NCBI RefSeq assembly: GCF_000281045.1 | Contig: NW_008246093.1 | Span: 427,839 to 491,838, forward strand | Reading direction: 5' to 3' | Source: Saprolegnia diclina VS20 | Taxonomy: Eukaryota | DNA: 64,000 nucleotides | Part shown: piece by piece, positions 1-13,356 of the stretch | Numbering within the stretch: the stretch's first letter is position 1 | Layout of the letters: each line of letters opens with the position of its first letter | Notes under the pieces: generated by a model | The model's input: the letters and a program-made list of their open reading frames with translations, nothing else | The model's database searches: none | Told to the model about the DNA's origin: nothing | Made by a program: the position numbers and the translations under genes

Positions 1-190
1 AGTAGTTACTCGACCACGGTGCCATATCATAGCACCTCTGTAGCACAGGAGGGTCTCGCTCTTCCACCGACTCGTCGCCGCTTCCACAGGTTCAACCTGT
101 TCGCTTCAAGAAGGGCGCCGATATCCGGATGATATCCGGGTGGCTGCCTTTCTGGTTGTTACGCCGACTTTACAAAGCGAAGAGACGATC

Positions 191-852
191 ATGACCCGGC
201 TCCTCCGCGTGCTGCTCATGCTCACGTTCCTCGTGCTGGCGCTGGCGCTGGCGCCGTCGACGGCCGCGCCGAGCAGCAAGAAGCTCGAGACGAAGCGCTC
301 GTTTGCGGACGACCGCATCCGCATCGAGTTTTGCTCGTCCTGAGGCTACGCCAACAACTACCGCGAGGTCCAGAAGTACCTCGAAGCCAACTACCCCCAC
401 CTCATTGGCCGCATCTCGGGCGGGAACGCGCTGCCGCCGCCATGGAAGCAGCAGCTCGCGACCGTCGTTGGCTACCTCCAGATGGCCGGCTTTGCCTTCC
501 TCCTCGCCGGCGAGCACATTCTCAACGCGCTCAACCTTCCCGCCGACATGCCGCTGCTTGTACAAATGCGCGAGAACAAGTTTGCAGCCTTTGCCGGCCT
601 CATGATCCTCGGCAGCATCTCGCAGTCGATGCTCGCCACCGGCGCGTTCGAAGTCTACTTCAACGGTACGATGGCGCCTTATTAGCTTGCCAATCACATT
701 CTATTATAGACGAGCTGGTCTTCTCCAAGATTCGCATGAACCGATGGCCCACGATGCAGGTGCGTGAGCAATGTGTGCAGCGCCCGAGCGAATACGTGTT
801 GTAGGAACTGATTGAGCTCCTCCAAGCCGCGGGCCTCCAGCGCCCGTACTAG
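191..852 (+). CDS. SELENOT: Selenoprotein T-like protein (Rdx family), Sec encoded by in-frame TGA 341-343
   Basis: Signal peptide MTRLLRVLLMLTFLVLALALA, then IRIEFCSS-TGA-GY (CxxU motif). The frame continues GYANNYREVQKYLE...TGAFEVYFN. GT-AG introns at 666-709 and 760-804 give DELVFSKIRMNRWPTMQ and ELIELLQAAGLQRPY-TAG. A SECIS follows. Confidence 0.93.
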
Positions 853-898
853 GCGCACGCTCGCCGCGCTAGCAATGTGCTGCGTCGCTCATGGCCTC

Positions 899-978
899 GG
901 CCCCGCGCCCTCTGAATGATGGGTCGCCTAGAAACCAGATTCTGGATGGGCGACCTGGAAAATGAACTGGCGCGGGGT
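899..978 (+). promoter_or_regulatory. Eukaryotic type II SECIS element in the SelT 3' UTR
   Basis: Core ATGAT (916-920) / GGAA (957-960). Helix GGGTCGCCTA pairs with TGGGCGACCT. Unpaired AAA at 932-934, apical mini-stem CCAG/CTGG, lower stem gccccgcgcc/ggcgcggggt. Confidence 0.9.
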
Positions 979-1907
979 GCATCCGACCAGAGGCTGATGT
1001 CGCGCGATCTACGGGGGTAGAGACGCGCTGCAGCTGGCCACTCGTCGAGCATGCCGTCCGAGGCATCGTAGCTCGTGCCACGTAGCTAGCGATCGCGAAT
1101 GTAGTCTCCAACACACTAGTTGGACTTTGCCTTTGACGTTGTCGTTGGACTTGACCGTTTATTGACTTGGCCGTTGGGCCATGGCGCAGGGGCACGCGTA
1201 GCTTTGAGAGGCGGGTACGATGGCATTGTCATCCCGTCGCGCTAAGGCTGTCGCTGTTCTCGATGGTGCGGTGCAGTGTATGAGTGCGGCGGATGTTCCG
1301 ACGTCCAGGGACTTTCCGGCCAAGATGGATGGATGAACGTGACACGTGAGTTACGCTTTGCGTACCAGATTCCGGCTTTTGTTCCGACGCAATGGGCTCC
1401 GGAATCTTCAGTGGTAGCAACCAACGCGATCTTGGCGACGCTTGGCCAAGGGTCATAGGAGTTGTTGTTCTGTACTTTGACCTCAGAGTTATTCTACCAT
1501 TTTGCTCCTATCTTGCGGACTCTAGTAGTGTAACAGGACCAAGCAAATTCATTCTCTTGAGCGAACCCGTGCTCCCATCCACTTAAGTACGGGGTATGAC
1601 GATGTGCCAGAGCCTAGGCGGCGCCCCTTTGGCTGGCCGAGCGCAACGAACGGCTTGAAAATGGAAGGGTCGCAAGATTCGCTGTGAACTAAGAAATGAG
1701 AGGTCGCGAGGAATCTCGGATGCCCATTGCAAGTGAACGCGCCAGCGTATCTCGCTCCGTGCGCTCACGTTACTCACTGCGTCAATAGCTGAGGTTTTGT
1801 AAGCCACTTGGTGGTGCCCTGTTACACGAAACGACTGGTGGATCTCGGGTCTTGCGCATCCGGCAGTCGTCAAATTTCTCTGCCACTTTGCACATACGCG
1901 AGCGTGC

Positions 1908-2264
1908 ATGGCGCCGCCCAGCGCCTGGTCGCAGTACAAGGAGGCGGTGCTGCAGGTCGCCACGACGTCCACCGCCACGTGCCAAGCGTGCAGCGCCAAG
2001 ATCAGCGCCGGCCAACTGCGCCTCGGTGTCATGTACCTCCACGTCGACGGCTTCATGCTCATGGAGTGGGTCCACGTCTCGTGCGAGCCGTCGCTGCCCG
2101 CCGCCTTCGACACGATCTCGTTCATCGAGACAGGCGTCGACCCGGACCACGCCAAGCGCATTCTCAGCTGGGTCTCGATCTGCAAGACCAAGCCGTCGAC
2201 GGCCAAGGAAATCTACGAGCTCGAGACGCACCAGATGAGCCGCAGCCGAAAGATGACCGCCTAA
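1908..2264 (+). CDS. Small stand-alone PARP-type zinc finger protein
   Basis: ATTSTATCQACSAKISAGQLRLG...WVHVSC matches the zf-PARP CxxC...HxxC pattern; strong GC3 codon bias. Confidence 0.8.
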   Translation: MAPPSAWSQYKEAVLQVATTSTATCQACSAKISAGQLRLGVMYLHVDGFMLMEWVHVSCEPSLPAAFDTISFIETGVDPDHAKRILSWVSICKTKPSTAKEIYELETHQMSRSRKMTA

Positions 2265-2397
2265 GTTATGCGAAGACAAGAGATGCTTCCTTCTGTCTCG
2301 CCCTATCGCCGTGTCGAGAGGACAAACGATCGGCGTGGCTCCTGGCAGCTTCAAGGACATGGTCGACGGGCTCTTTGGGTTACAACGCTGATGCACA

Positions 2398-4250
<1,853 letters not shown>

Positions 4251-4332
4251 CCTCCTCGCTTTTCGAATGTATCCGGATATGGCGACCCGTTGGTTTCGGC
4301 ATGTGCCACAAATACCAAGATCGCCGGCCGCC

Positions 4333-6558
4333 ATGACCGCAGCTGCGCTGCTGTCGTTCGCCGCCACCGAGCGCGTACATGCCCATCTACCGGTCGTCGC
4401 GGCCTTGGACGACAAGCATGCGCAGCTCATGACGCTGCTCGCAGCGCACCTGCCGGTCCCCGACTGCAAGGCGGCGCTGCATCCGCTGACGCTCGGCGAC
4501 TTGGTATTGTCCATTGAAGCTGCACAGCTCCACACACCACTGGGCATCGTCCTCGCTCTCTTGCACATCGACGACAGCTACCGCTTCTGCCACGCCATCC
4601 ATACGTGGCACGATGCTAGTGCGACATTGCAGGACGCTGGCGCCCGGCTGCAGACGCTGAACGTGCTCGTGGATACAACACTGCGATCGCTGCGGACTGT
4701 AGACCACGAGCCGACCGCCATTGCCGCGCTGCACACAGCTTTGGCGTCATCGTCTTGCGCGTGCTTGCATGCGCATCTGGAGCCATCGCGTGTCGTCGCG
4801 TCGTCGCGTGGGCTGCGCCCACATGCGACGCCGCTGCAAGACGTGCTCGATCTCGTCGTCCGGGTCGCCACATCGTACTCGAACCTTTGTCAATCAACGC
4901 ACAAGAAGTGTCCTTCGGTCGTGCTCGAGCTGCCGCCTCTCGAGACGTTTGCATCTGTTGACGACGCGATGGCAACCTCGTACACGGACGAGCTACCAGG
5001 ACACGAGATGGAGCCGCGACTCGAAGAGTGGTGGCCGCGCGCCACGTCGACAACAGACGCACAAGACGCGACGCAGTCGTTTGCCCGGCTCATCGCGCTC
5101 GGCAGTGCACAATGGAGCACGACCACTATCATGTGGCTGCAGACGTATCTCGCTGAGCTCACGGACCTCGACCGGCTCTCGATCGCAGTCGAGTGCATTT
5201 GCCGCCAGCCGCCCTTTGCCGCGCCCGACGTGTCGGCCTCTGTGGCCAAGGCCTTCAACACGCTCACGACCGACCATAGAAAAGGAAGCCTCGCCATGCT
5301 CTTGCGCTGCGTCGCGTGGGCCCCAGAGTCAGTGTTGCACCGTCTTCTCCAGAATGGCGTCGCTTGTCCCGAGCACGTGCCTGTGTATCTTCGCCTCTTG
5401 GAGCTCGCACCGTCCTTGGCGCAGTCAACGCAGCTGCTACCGTCTCTTGGCCATCTCGTGCAGGTGCTGACGACCGAGACGCTGGCGTCCACCGCGCACT
5501 TATTCGCGGAGCTGACATCTCTCGGCGTGACGACCATGCTCGACGTCGTCGGCACTTGCATCTTGCCGCATCTGCGTGGCGTCAACGACCTTGGCTGGGA
5601 CCTTCTCACTGTGCTCTCGCCCTGGACTTCCGTGTCGGACGCAGAGATTGGCGCGGAGCTTCTCGACCGCACATGTGCCACGTTGGCAACGGCGTGGGCA
5701 TCAACGGGGGAGGCACAGGCTGCCGCGCGCCTTCTCCCGATCGCCCGCAACCTCGCCGCCGTCGTCACGCACCCGACAATCTCCAAACTCGAAGCGTACG
5801 TGACGTCCAAGGACATTCGTTTGGTGTTGTTGCTGCTGCCGCTGTTCCCGTCGACGCCACTTCCGCTGCCGACACTGTCCGAGTCGACCGATGGTGTATA
5901 CACGCTGTCGAAAGCCGACGTTGGCAACATCTTCATGGGTGCATTGCTGCTCTGTGCGTCGGCGGTCGCACTGCTGCCGTCACTGGCCACTTCATTGCGT
6001 CAAGGTCGCTTGGCCGTGGCCGGCGTCCCGGCCTGTCCGCCGATGTCGATGCTTGCTCTTCTCTCGACGTGGGTTCTACCATCCCTTGCGACCAGCGACG
6101 ACGGCACCCGCTTTGTCTTTGAGCTCCTGCCGCAGCTGCTGCCGCCCGACCAAAACACACCGCTCGATGCGACGCTGTGCGTTGCCCGGGGCATGCTTCT
6201 TCGAGGATTGGCGACCAAGAGCAGCTGGGACCGAACGTCGATGGGCCATGTGCTGCACTGCATTGAGCACTGCATCGTCCAGGATCCGTCATCGGTGTCG
6301 ACGTACCAAGGACTGCTACCGCTTGTGTTGTGGCTTCTTCGCGAGACGCCGTGCGGCCACGACGACGATGTGCTGCTCATGACGCTGCGCAAGATGACAC
6401 GCGCGTGGCATGACCATCTGCCGCCCGAGACGCTCGGCGAGCTCCACGCGGTCGCCCTCGAGCTTTTGAGCAAAAATGTAGCGCCGACGAAGACGATCTT
6501 CCGCCATGTGCACAGTCTGCTCACACAACCTCGTCGGACGACTCCCCTACCCCCATAA
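4333..6558 (+). CDS. Uncharacterised Leu/Ala-rich alpha-helical protein (~740 aa)
   Basis: Long uninterrupted ORF. ATG 4333 in gccgccATG context was chosen because the upstream part of the ORF overlaps MYST exons. No motif recognised. Confidence 0.7.
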   Translation: MTAAALLSFAATERVHAHLPVVAALDDKHAQLMTLLAAHLPVPDCKAALHPLTLGDLVLSIEAAQLHTPLGIVLALLHIDDSYRFCHAIHTWHDASATLQDAGARLQTLNVLVDTTLRSLRTVDHEPTAIAALHTALASSSCACLHAHLEPSRVVASSRGLRPHATPLQDVLDLVVRVATSYSNLCQSTHKKCPSVVLELPPLETFASVDDAMATSYTDELPGHEMEPRLEEWWPRATSTTDAQDATQSFARLIALGSAQWSTTTIMWLQTYLAELTDLDRLSIAVECICRQPPFAAPDVSASVAKAFNTLTTDHRKGSLAMLLRCVAWAPESVLHRLLQNGVACPEHVPVYLRLLELAPSLAQSTQLLPSLGHLVQVLTTETLASTAHLFAELTSLGVTTMLDVVGTCILPHLRGVNDLGWDLLTVLSPWTSVSDAEIGAELLDRTCATLATAWASTGEAQAAARLLPIARNLAAVVTHPTISKLEAYVTSKDIRLVLLLLPLFPSTPLPLPTLSESTDGVYTLSKADVGNIFMGALLLCASAVALLPSLATSLRQGRLAVAGVPACPPMSMLALLSTWVLPSLATSDDGTRFVFELLPQLLPPDQNTPLDATLCVARGMLLRGLATKSSWDRTSMGHVLHCIEHCIVQDPSSVSTYQGLLPLVLWLLRETPCGHDDDVLLMTLRKMTRAWHDHLPPETLGELHAVALELLSKNVAPTKTIFRHVHSLLTQPRRTTPLPP

Positions 6559-6621
6559 AGAAATTAAATCAATCTATCGAAACATAGAGAGTTTCCGATC
6601 TTGTTGCGAAGCGACGCCAGC

Positions 6622-6876
6622 ATGGACAGCGTCGACTGGAAGGCGCTCGGACTCACGATGGACCAGGCGGGGGCGCTCGTCGCGGCCTTCAGCAAGTACG
6701 ACAAGATGAAGACGGGCGCGATCCCAGTCGACGCGCTCGATGCGCTCAGCGTCGACCTCGGCGAGACGTTTGACGACGAAGAGATGCGGGTCGCCAAGCA
6801 GAGTCTTCAGGACGGCGACGTCATTCGCCTCGAGGCTTTTCTCAAGTGGTGGGCCCACGACCCAAAGCTCACATAG
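6622..6876 (+). CDS. Small EF-hand (calmodulin-lobe-like) protein
   Basis: AFSKYDKMKTGAIPVDAL...GDVIRLEAFLKWW gives two EF-hand-like helix-loop-helix units. Confidence 0.75.
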   Translation: MDSVDWKALGLTMDQAGALVAAFSKYDKMKTGAIPVDALDALSVDLGETFDDEEMRVAKQSLQDGDVIRLEAFLKWWAHDPKLT

Positions 6877-7045
6877 ATAGCCTTGTGCAGGCAGCTCAAA
6901 TGTCCACACGTACTCAACCTTTGTTATTCGTAAGCAAGGCATGCATGGCGCAGAGCTACTGCCATCGTCGATGGCTCTAGTCGAAACAACGTTGGTTGAA
7001 GTGACTCGTGGAAGTATGATAGACTTGGGAGTCGCCACGAGAGAA

Positions 7046-7823
7046 CTAGCCCTTGGCGATCTCGCGCGCTTGCTTTTTGAGCGCGGCGGCAACTGCCGTC
7101 TTGACCTTGAGCGCGCGTGTAATGAGCTCCCGCCGCTTTTCTCTACGGTTCGATGCACGCGACGTCACGACATGTAGAGATCAAGTTGATACTTGGAATG
7201 CAAGACGAGATTCTTCTCGTGCAGTCGTCGCAGCAGCTCGGGCGCCGTGGCAAGTCCGGCGTTGCCAGAGAGGTCGACAACCTTGAGGTTCTGGAGTGAG
7301 TTGAGCGACTTTGGCAGGTACACAAGGTCGTTCTGCGCGAGGCTGAGCACCGAGAGGCTTGTCAAGTGCGCAAATTCGTCCGGTACATCGCGGATTGCGT
7401 TGTGCTGGACGTACAGTTCCTGGAGCTTACTGCAGCTCATAAGGCTCAGTGGTAGTGACCGAAGGCGATTCGCTTGTGCAAAGAGCTGTCGGAGGCGCGG
7501 GAGGCCGCCAATGTCGGGCGGAAGGTTGGTGAGCGCGTTCTCGGCCACGTTGAGGACTTCGAGGAGCGGGACAGACTCAACGAGGTCAATGCTAATATGA
7601 ATGAAACAAATAATGAACGAAAGGAGGCAAGGTACGGTAAGCTCGAGAGATGGTTGTGCCGGAGATTGAGCTTCACCAGCGTCGAGAAGCCAAGAACGAT
7701 CGGTGGTACATGCTGCAACTCGAGGTCGGCGAGGTTGAGCTCACGGCCTTGCGTGAGCTTGTCGCACTTGGCGACGCGATCGCCGACATCGGCTGCCACG
7801 TCCGTCTCGGTCGCGCTCGTCAT
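7046..7823 (-). CDS. Leucine-rich repeat protein, 3 exons
   Basis: LxxLxLxxNxL repeats (LVKLNLRHNHL, LQELYVQHNAI, LSVLSLAQNDL); last exon EKRRELITRALK...AKG-TAG. Confidence 0.85.
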
Positions 7824-8059
7824 GAGGTTTTGGGGTTTTCAATAACCGACGCGGCGTTTCTGACAAACCGGAGCCCTAGTTCGTTGCCTTGCTGTACGTG
7901 GCTAATATCAACTGACCGATGTACACCTTGACACACCTATTGAGACCAGTCGTTCCATCTCCTAGTTATAGAATTCCTTGTGTATCCCCTTTCTAGCGTC
8001 AATGAGCCCCACCAGTAGTTTTGCTCTGCAAGTGAACAGTCTGTGTTACTCAACAGAGT

Positions 8060-11000
8060 TCAAGCGGCGTGGGAATGTGAGAGCTCTTGAAGCTTCGAGT
8101 ACTGCGCTTGGAGCTTCTCGCGGTACACCTTTTTGAGAGCCGTCGAGTTGGAGTGTTCTGTAGAAAATCAATATCACGTCATAGTCTCGTGCGATGAGAG
8201 AGCGCCATGTACCGAGGGCGGCAAGCGACAATGTCATAAACTTCTCGGCGTGCTTGAGCTCTTGGTTTCGGTAGCAAGAGACACCCTACCTCGGTTGAAT
8301 ATGTGATGAAATCACACTGAAATCGTACGAAGTTCCATGCTTTGGTGAGAAGCCATTCGACATCGTCATCGGACAACGTGATCTCGAGGCTTGTTGCAAT
8401 TTGACGCGCTTGGTGCAGCCACTCGTAGCCCTCTTCCTTGGTTTGTGCGAGAGCGATGATCTTCTTGAGCGGATATGTGACTGTGGCGGCGTCGACCTTC
8501 TCCTTCTGGAGCTCGAGCTGCAAACTACAAGGTGGTTTAACATCGATGACGTGGCAGGAGTCATATATAACCTGAGCTTGTAGAGCTGAGACGCAACGGG
8601 CCGCAGAAGACCAGGTGCTCCCTTGAGGGATAATAAGTTTTGTGATCGAAAAAGCGGTAGACCTCGTTCAGAGACTGCTTGGATGTGTAGAGTACAAAAT
8701 CTAAAACATGAGCCGGCGAAGATGGAATTTCAGCTCACCACCCAGCTCGCGTAGCTTTTCTGGTGTCCGTAACACGTGCTTCATGTGCTGGTCGACGAAT
8801 TCCGTGCCTTGAACTGCAAGTAGTTTGACGTTGATCTTGAATGCACTGGTCGCCTATTCTTGTCGTGAGCTCTTAAATGGCCGAACGAATCAATTCTACC
8901 AAGTAGTCGAGAATGCGCGAAGTGTCGCCATCGCCATCGATCTTGGACAAGCTCTTCTCGATCGTGGCCAATACCTATTTCAATGCGCTGGCGTGAAGCA
9001 CATAACACCATCCTCGAGATTACTTCGCGAAGCTCCACGTCGGAGAGAGTGTCGAACGACTTCATGCGAATGCACGACGCAGCGAGCCAGCACTTTTCTT
9101 CGCGACTTCGCAGCTTCGTGTTGTTTGGAAAGTATGCCTCAGCCTTCACGGCAACGTCGGCTGCCAGCATGAAACACACCCAGTTTTCCTTGTTGCAGCC
9201 GAGGTTATGGCTATTCAAGGTTCAGTAATGTGAGGTCAAAGAAGTCGACGACAAACCAAACGCCGTAGAACCACTCAAAGACGGATGGCGGGCCAAATGC
9301 AGTGTCCGCTTGAGTTGGGTCAATCTTGTCGAGAATGCTCAAAAGATCGCGCAGGTAACGCATGAAATTCGAAATCGACGTGTCTTCGTCGAGGGACTCA
9401 TCGCTACACAGTGCGTTGCGCGTCAATGCAAAGCGCACGATCAAGGAAAATATCAAAGACCTGTTGTTGAGCTGCGCCATGTTTTGGAACAACACGCCCA
9501 TCGGCAGTTGCGGCACGTCACCCGTTTGCAAAATGTGAGTCACAAGCATGCGGCTAAAGCTGTCGAGCACTTGAAGCACGACAGCGGGGCTGCCAGCTTC
9601 GTGGGCTTCTTTGGCAAACATGACCAAGTCGTACACGTCAAAGTCGTCCAAGTTGATGAGCTTGGTGACGAGCTCCGTGATATCGGATGGTGCAGGAGAC
9701 GGCCCCGCGAGGTGCGCCCGGAAGCACGCGAAGAGCGACTTCTTGGACAATTCTTTTCCGAGTGCATCGTGCGCATAACGAACGGCATCGTCGAATTCTC
9801 CCAGCTTGACCTTGGCGCGGGACATGAGCCTAGTTCATTGTGTTTAGATATGGGTGCAATGAGATTGGCAAGCACCGGAAGGAACACGCTTGATCTTCCG
9901 GCGTTGATGACAGAATCATGCCGATGCGTGCCCACTGAAAGTACTCCTATGCATGGACATAGGTTAAAGAATAACGCACATACTGATGGAACATACGTCG
10001 TGCAGGTTGTAGTTGTGGGCGTTGCAGGACCCGTCGTGGATCACCTTCTTGAGCCGTGCTTGCTGCTCCGAGGTGCACGGCTCCTTGACCATGCGTTCCA
10101 CGATCGCAATCGTTTGGCAGCGCAGGTTCTTGTCGTTGGAGAAAGCGAGCTCGTTCGCAATGTCGGCGTCAATGTTCCAGGCCGCGTCGGGAAAGTTGTG
10201 CTGCAGGTTGTGCCACAGATCGAGCGCCGGTGCCGCGTACTCGGTCGCATGGGCAAAAAGGCGCGTCGCTGTATGTGCTGCGTCAAAGTCGTCACCGTTC
10301 TACGTTTATGCCATGGCCTCAAAACATTCACTGATAAAAATGGTACCTGTAGCTTCTCGACCAAATTTGCCGCGGCAGTCCAATCCTGGCGCTTGAGGTA
10401 TAGCTTGACGCCGTGGAGAAGCCCGTCGGTGGCCCCGAGCAAGCGCAGACACGCTTCTGCCTTGTCGAGCAGCTCCAAGTCCAGGTACACGTCGGTGAGG
10501 CGGCCTATGATCATGGCGCGCAGCTTCTTGTTGCGACGACGGTCGCACTGCTCGACGATTTCCAGGGCGACGGCCAAAAGTGTGCTTTCCGCATCGCGTG
10601 CGTCGGTGGCCAAGCAAGAATCGGCAAATACCAAAAGAGCTTTCGCGACTGCTGGTGCTTCCTTGGGCACATATGGAAGGAGCATGCGGATCTCTTGGAT
10701 GTCGCTGATAATTGTGTCGAGGTCCAGCGATTGCAGCGGGAGGCTCTCGAGATGGCCCATAAAGGCCTGGAAGACTTCGTCGATCACGGCTTCGAGCTCA
10801 ACGCCTGCGAGGACCTTCCCGAGCTTGTGCACGCCAATGGCGCGGTAGATCTCGATGGCCTCTTTAAAGCATGCTTGCGGGGTCGCGATCGGGAACGGGC
10901 CATCGCCGCACATGAGGAGGAGGCGCCCGAGCCGGCAGAAGCATCGGAGGAGATCCACACCTGTACTCATGGAGCCCCGCTGGACGCGCTTCATGACGAT

Positions 11001-11198
11001 ACATGCGATTGCGCGGATCTGGAGCGCGTCGAGCTTGCGCGTCTCGAGGAGCCAGCAGTCCCGCGACTTGTTGTAGAGCGCGATCGCGTCCTTGTCGTCG
11101 ACGCCATGGAGGGGTCCATCGAGCCACGCTCGTGCTTCCGGAAGGATTCCATCTTCGTCGGCGCCGTCGAGGAAGCGCGCGAGCCGAGGCAGGTCCAT
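8060..11198 (-). CDS. ZIP4: Meiotic TPR protein ZIP4/SPO22/TEX11-like, many introns
   Basis: TPR-like helices throughout. C-terminal DDVEWLLTKAWN followed by CYRNQELKHAEKFMTLSL resembles the TEX11/ZIP4 C-terminus. The N-terminal LYNKSR...QIRAIAC region is SPO22-like. Confidence 0.75.
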
Positions 11199-11602
11199 CA
11201 CGCGTTCTTCCGTCTCGTCCCTCGGCTGCAAATTGCTGAATGCGCGCGAAACACGCGATCCAAAATCCGTTACTTTTCGGATACCTCCTCACTTAACCGG
11301 ACACCGCGACCGGTTGCTTGCGAACGTAACCGGATTGTTTGCACTGAACGCACGCAACCTTTTCTCGGCCCCCTAGCGGACATAGCGTATTTGCCATCGG
11401 TCAGACCTTGGATGGATCAACTTCTTATTTAAAAAAGGTTTATGCGTTGCCGTTTACACCAAGAAATACGATCGCCGTTGCATTTCTCGATGGAGGAGAT
11501 GTCTTGAACGACTAAAGTGGCGTGTTTTTAGCTGCCGGAATCAAGTATCCGGATGACCTGGCATGAAAGGGGTTGGTTCCGACAACTTCAAGCACGGTCG
11601 CC

Positions 11603-12811
11603 ATGCTGCGTCGCTCGTTGCAGTACCCGGCGTCGCAGGTCCGCGCGCTCAGCTCGTGGAGTAGCAAGGCGCTCTCACACAAGAAGACGTCGGCGCAATG
11701 TCTCTTGGTCGACGGCAACAACCTTCTCTACGAGATGTACGACGCACGGTGTCAATTGAGCTGGTACGACGACCTGGCATATTGTCGGCGTCGCCTGCAC
11801 GTAGCCATCTCCTAGGAACGGCGGGCCCACGGGCACGGCCATGCGTTTTGTGAAATGCGTCTACGACCTCGTGCGCGCCAAGCAGCCGCAACGCGTCGGT
11901 ATCTTCTTTGATACTGCGACCAAGACGCATCGCCACTTGAGCAACCCCAACTACAAGCAGTCGCCGACGCGAAAGCCAATGCCGGATGCTCTCCGCGCCC
12001 AGTTTGACGTCACGGTACCTTCTTGTCTCTTCGCGCAAGAAGCAATTGATCCTGGCAGTAGCTGCACGTGCTTCGAGCTCTTGGCCTCAAAGTGATTCAG
12101 AAACCGGGCGTCGAAGCCGACGACTTTATTGCCTCGTACACCAAGATCTGCGCTGCCGACGGGTACGACGTCATTGTCGTTAGCAACGATGGCGACATGC
12201 ACCAGCTCGTGCAGTCGCCGACGCTCTCACCACACGCGAAGCAACACGTCGTCATCTACAAGCCGACGCGCGGCATCTATGTGGCCGAGAAGCAAGTGCG
12301 CAAGTTCCTGCACGGCGGTGCGCCGTCGCTCCATCCTGGTATTCGCGCGCTCTGCGGCGACCACTGGGGCAAAGCATCGGGTGTCCCCGGCGGCCTCCCG
12401 GTTCCTATCGCCGTGTCGCTCCTCACTGAATTTGGGAGTTTACCTCGACTCCTCCGCAGCCTCAACAAGGTCGACGATCTGAACCTGCGGCGCCGGCTCC
12501 AAGACGCAATTTCGGCGCTGGAAGTGTCGTACAAAATGTCCAAGCTCCAGGAGAACGTCGCGCTGCCCGTGGCGCCCGCGGCCTTGGATGTCCTCTTGCC
12601 GCTCACTTTGGACCGGTCCGTGCTGCACGACTACCTCGGCCCGGACGGCATGGCCACGGTGCTCGCGGACCCGAAAAACAAGCGCGGCAAGTTCAACAAA
12701 CGAGCGCACGTCTTTATCACACCCGAACCGGAAGAGACGCTCGATGCGACGACCGAAGCCGAGCTTGACAAGTGGTTTGACGCCGTCGCCAACGGCCACG
12801 ACTACAAGTAA
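11603..12811 (+). CDS. Bacterial/organellar-type 5'-3' exonuclease (Pol I 5' nuclease / FEN fold) with a probable mitochondrial presequence
   Basis: LLVDGNNL, IFFD, RH..NPNYK, MPDALRAQF, PGVEADDFIASY, IVVSNDGDMHQLV, ALCGD..GVPG. N-terminus MLRRSLQYPASQVRALSS. Two short introns near 11750-11815 and 12015-12060. Confidence 0.88.
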
Positions 12812-13356
12812 TCATAACATTGGCTTTCGTGTCACTAGAGTATACTACAATCTATATCGCGAGTATGTGTCATATTGGCCTTGTGCCAGGACGCTTCAAG
12901 GTTGCAGCTATTCTTTCTTGAAGCTTCAGGAGCCCTACCCCTAGTTTCGATCTGGCTGCTAGGAGAGACGACGTTTCTGCCACGTACTCGGGCCAGAATA
13001 CTCGTCCTCAATGGACCGACAGATGGGTACAGTGTATGCACGTTGCCAGATGCTACACTAAGATGCGTTTGAACCTCTGCCAGTCAGGAATTTGGACGTT
13101 CGATGACACCGTCCATGTGCAAACCGAGGTTAGGGTTAGCTTGACGTCCACACGTTTGGTTCACAATGGCTTTGCTGCCTACCGCCATGGAAACTGAGGC
13201 CCACAACACATATGTTAGCCATGGCTTCAACGTATATGCACAACGTCGTCGCCTGACCAAACTGCCTCCCAACGATCTCAACTCACAATCCACAAACATT
13301 TTCTGTATCAACCAATTCTTTGCTACTACTAGTACACATCCATCGCTTCCAACGGC

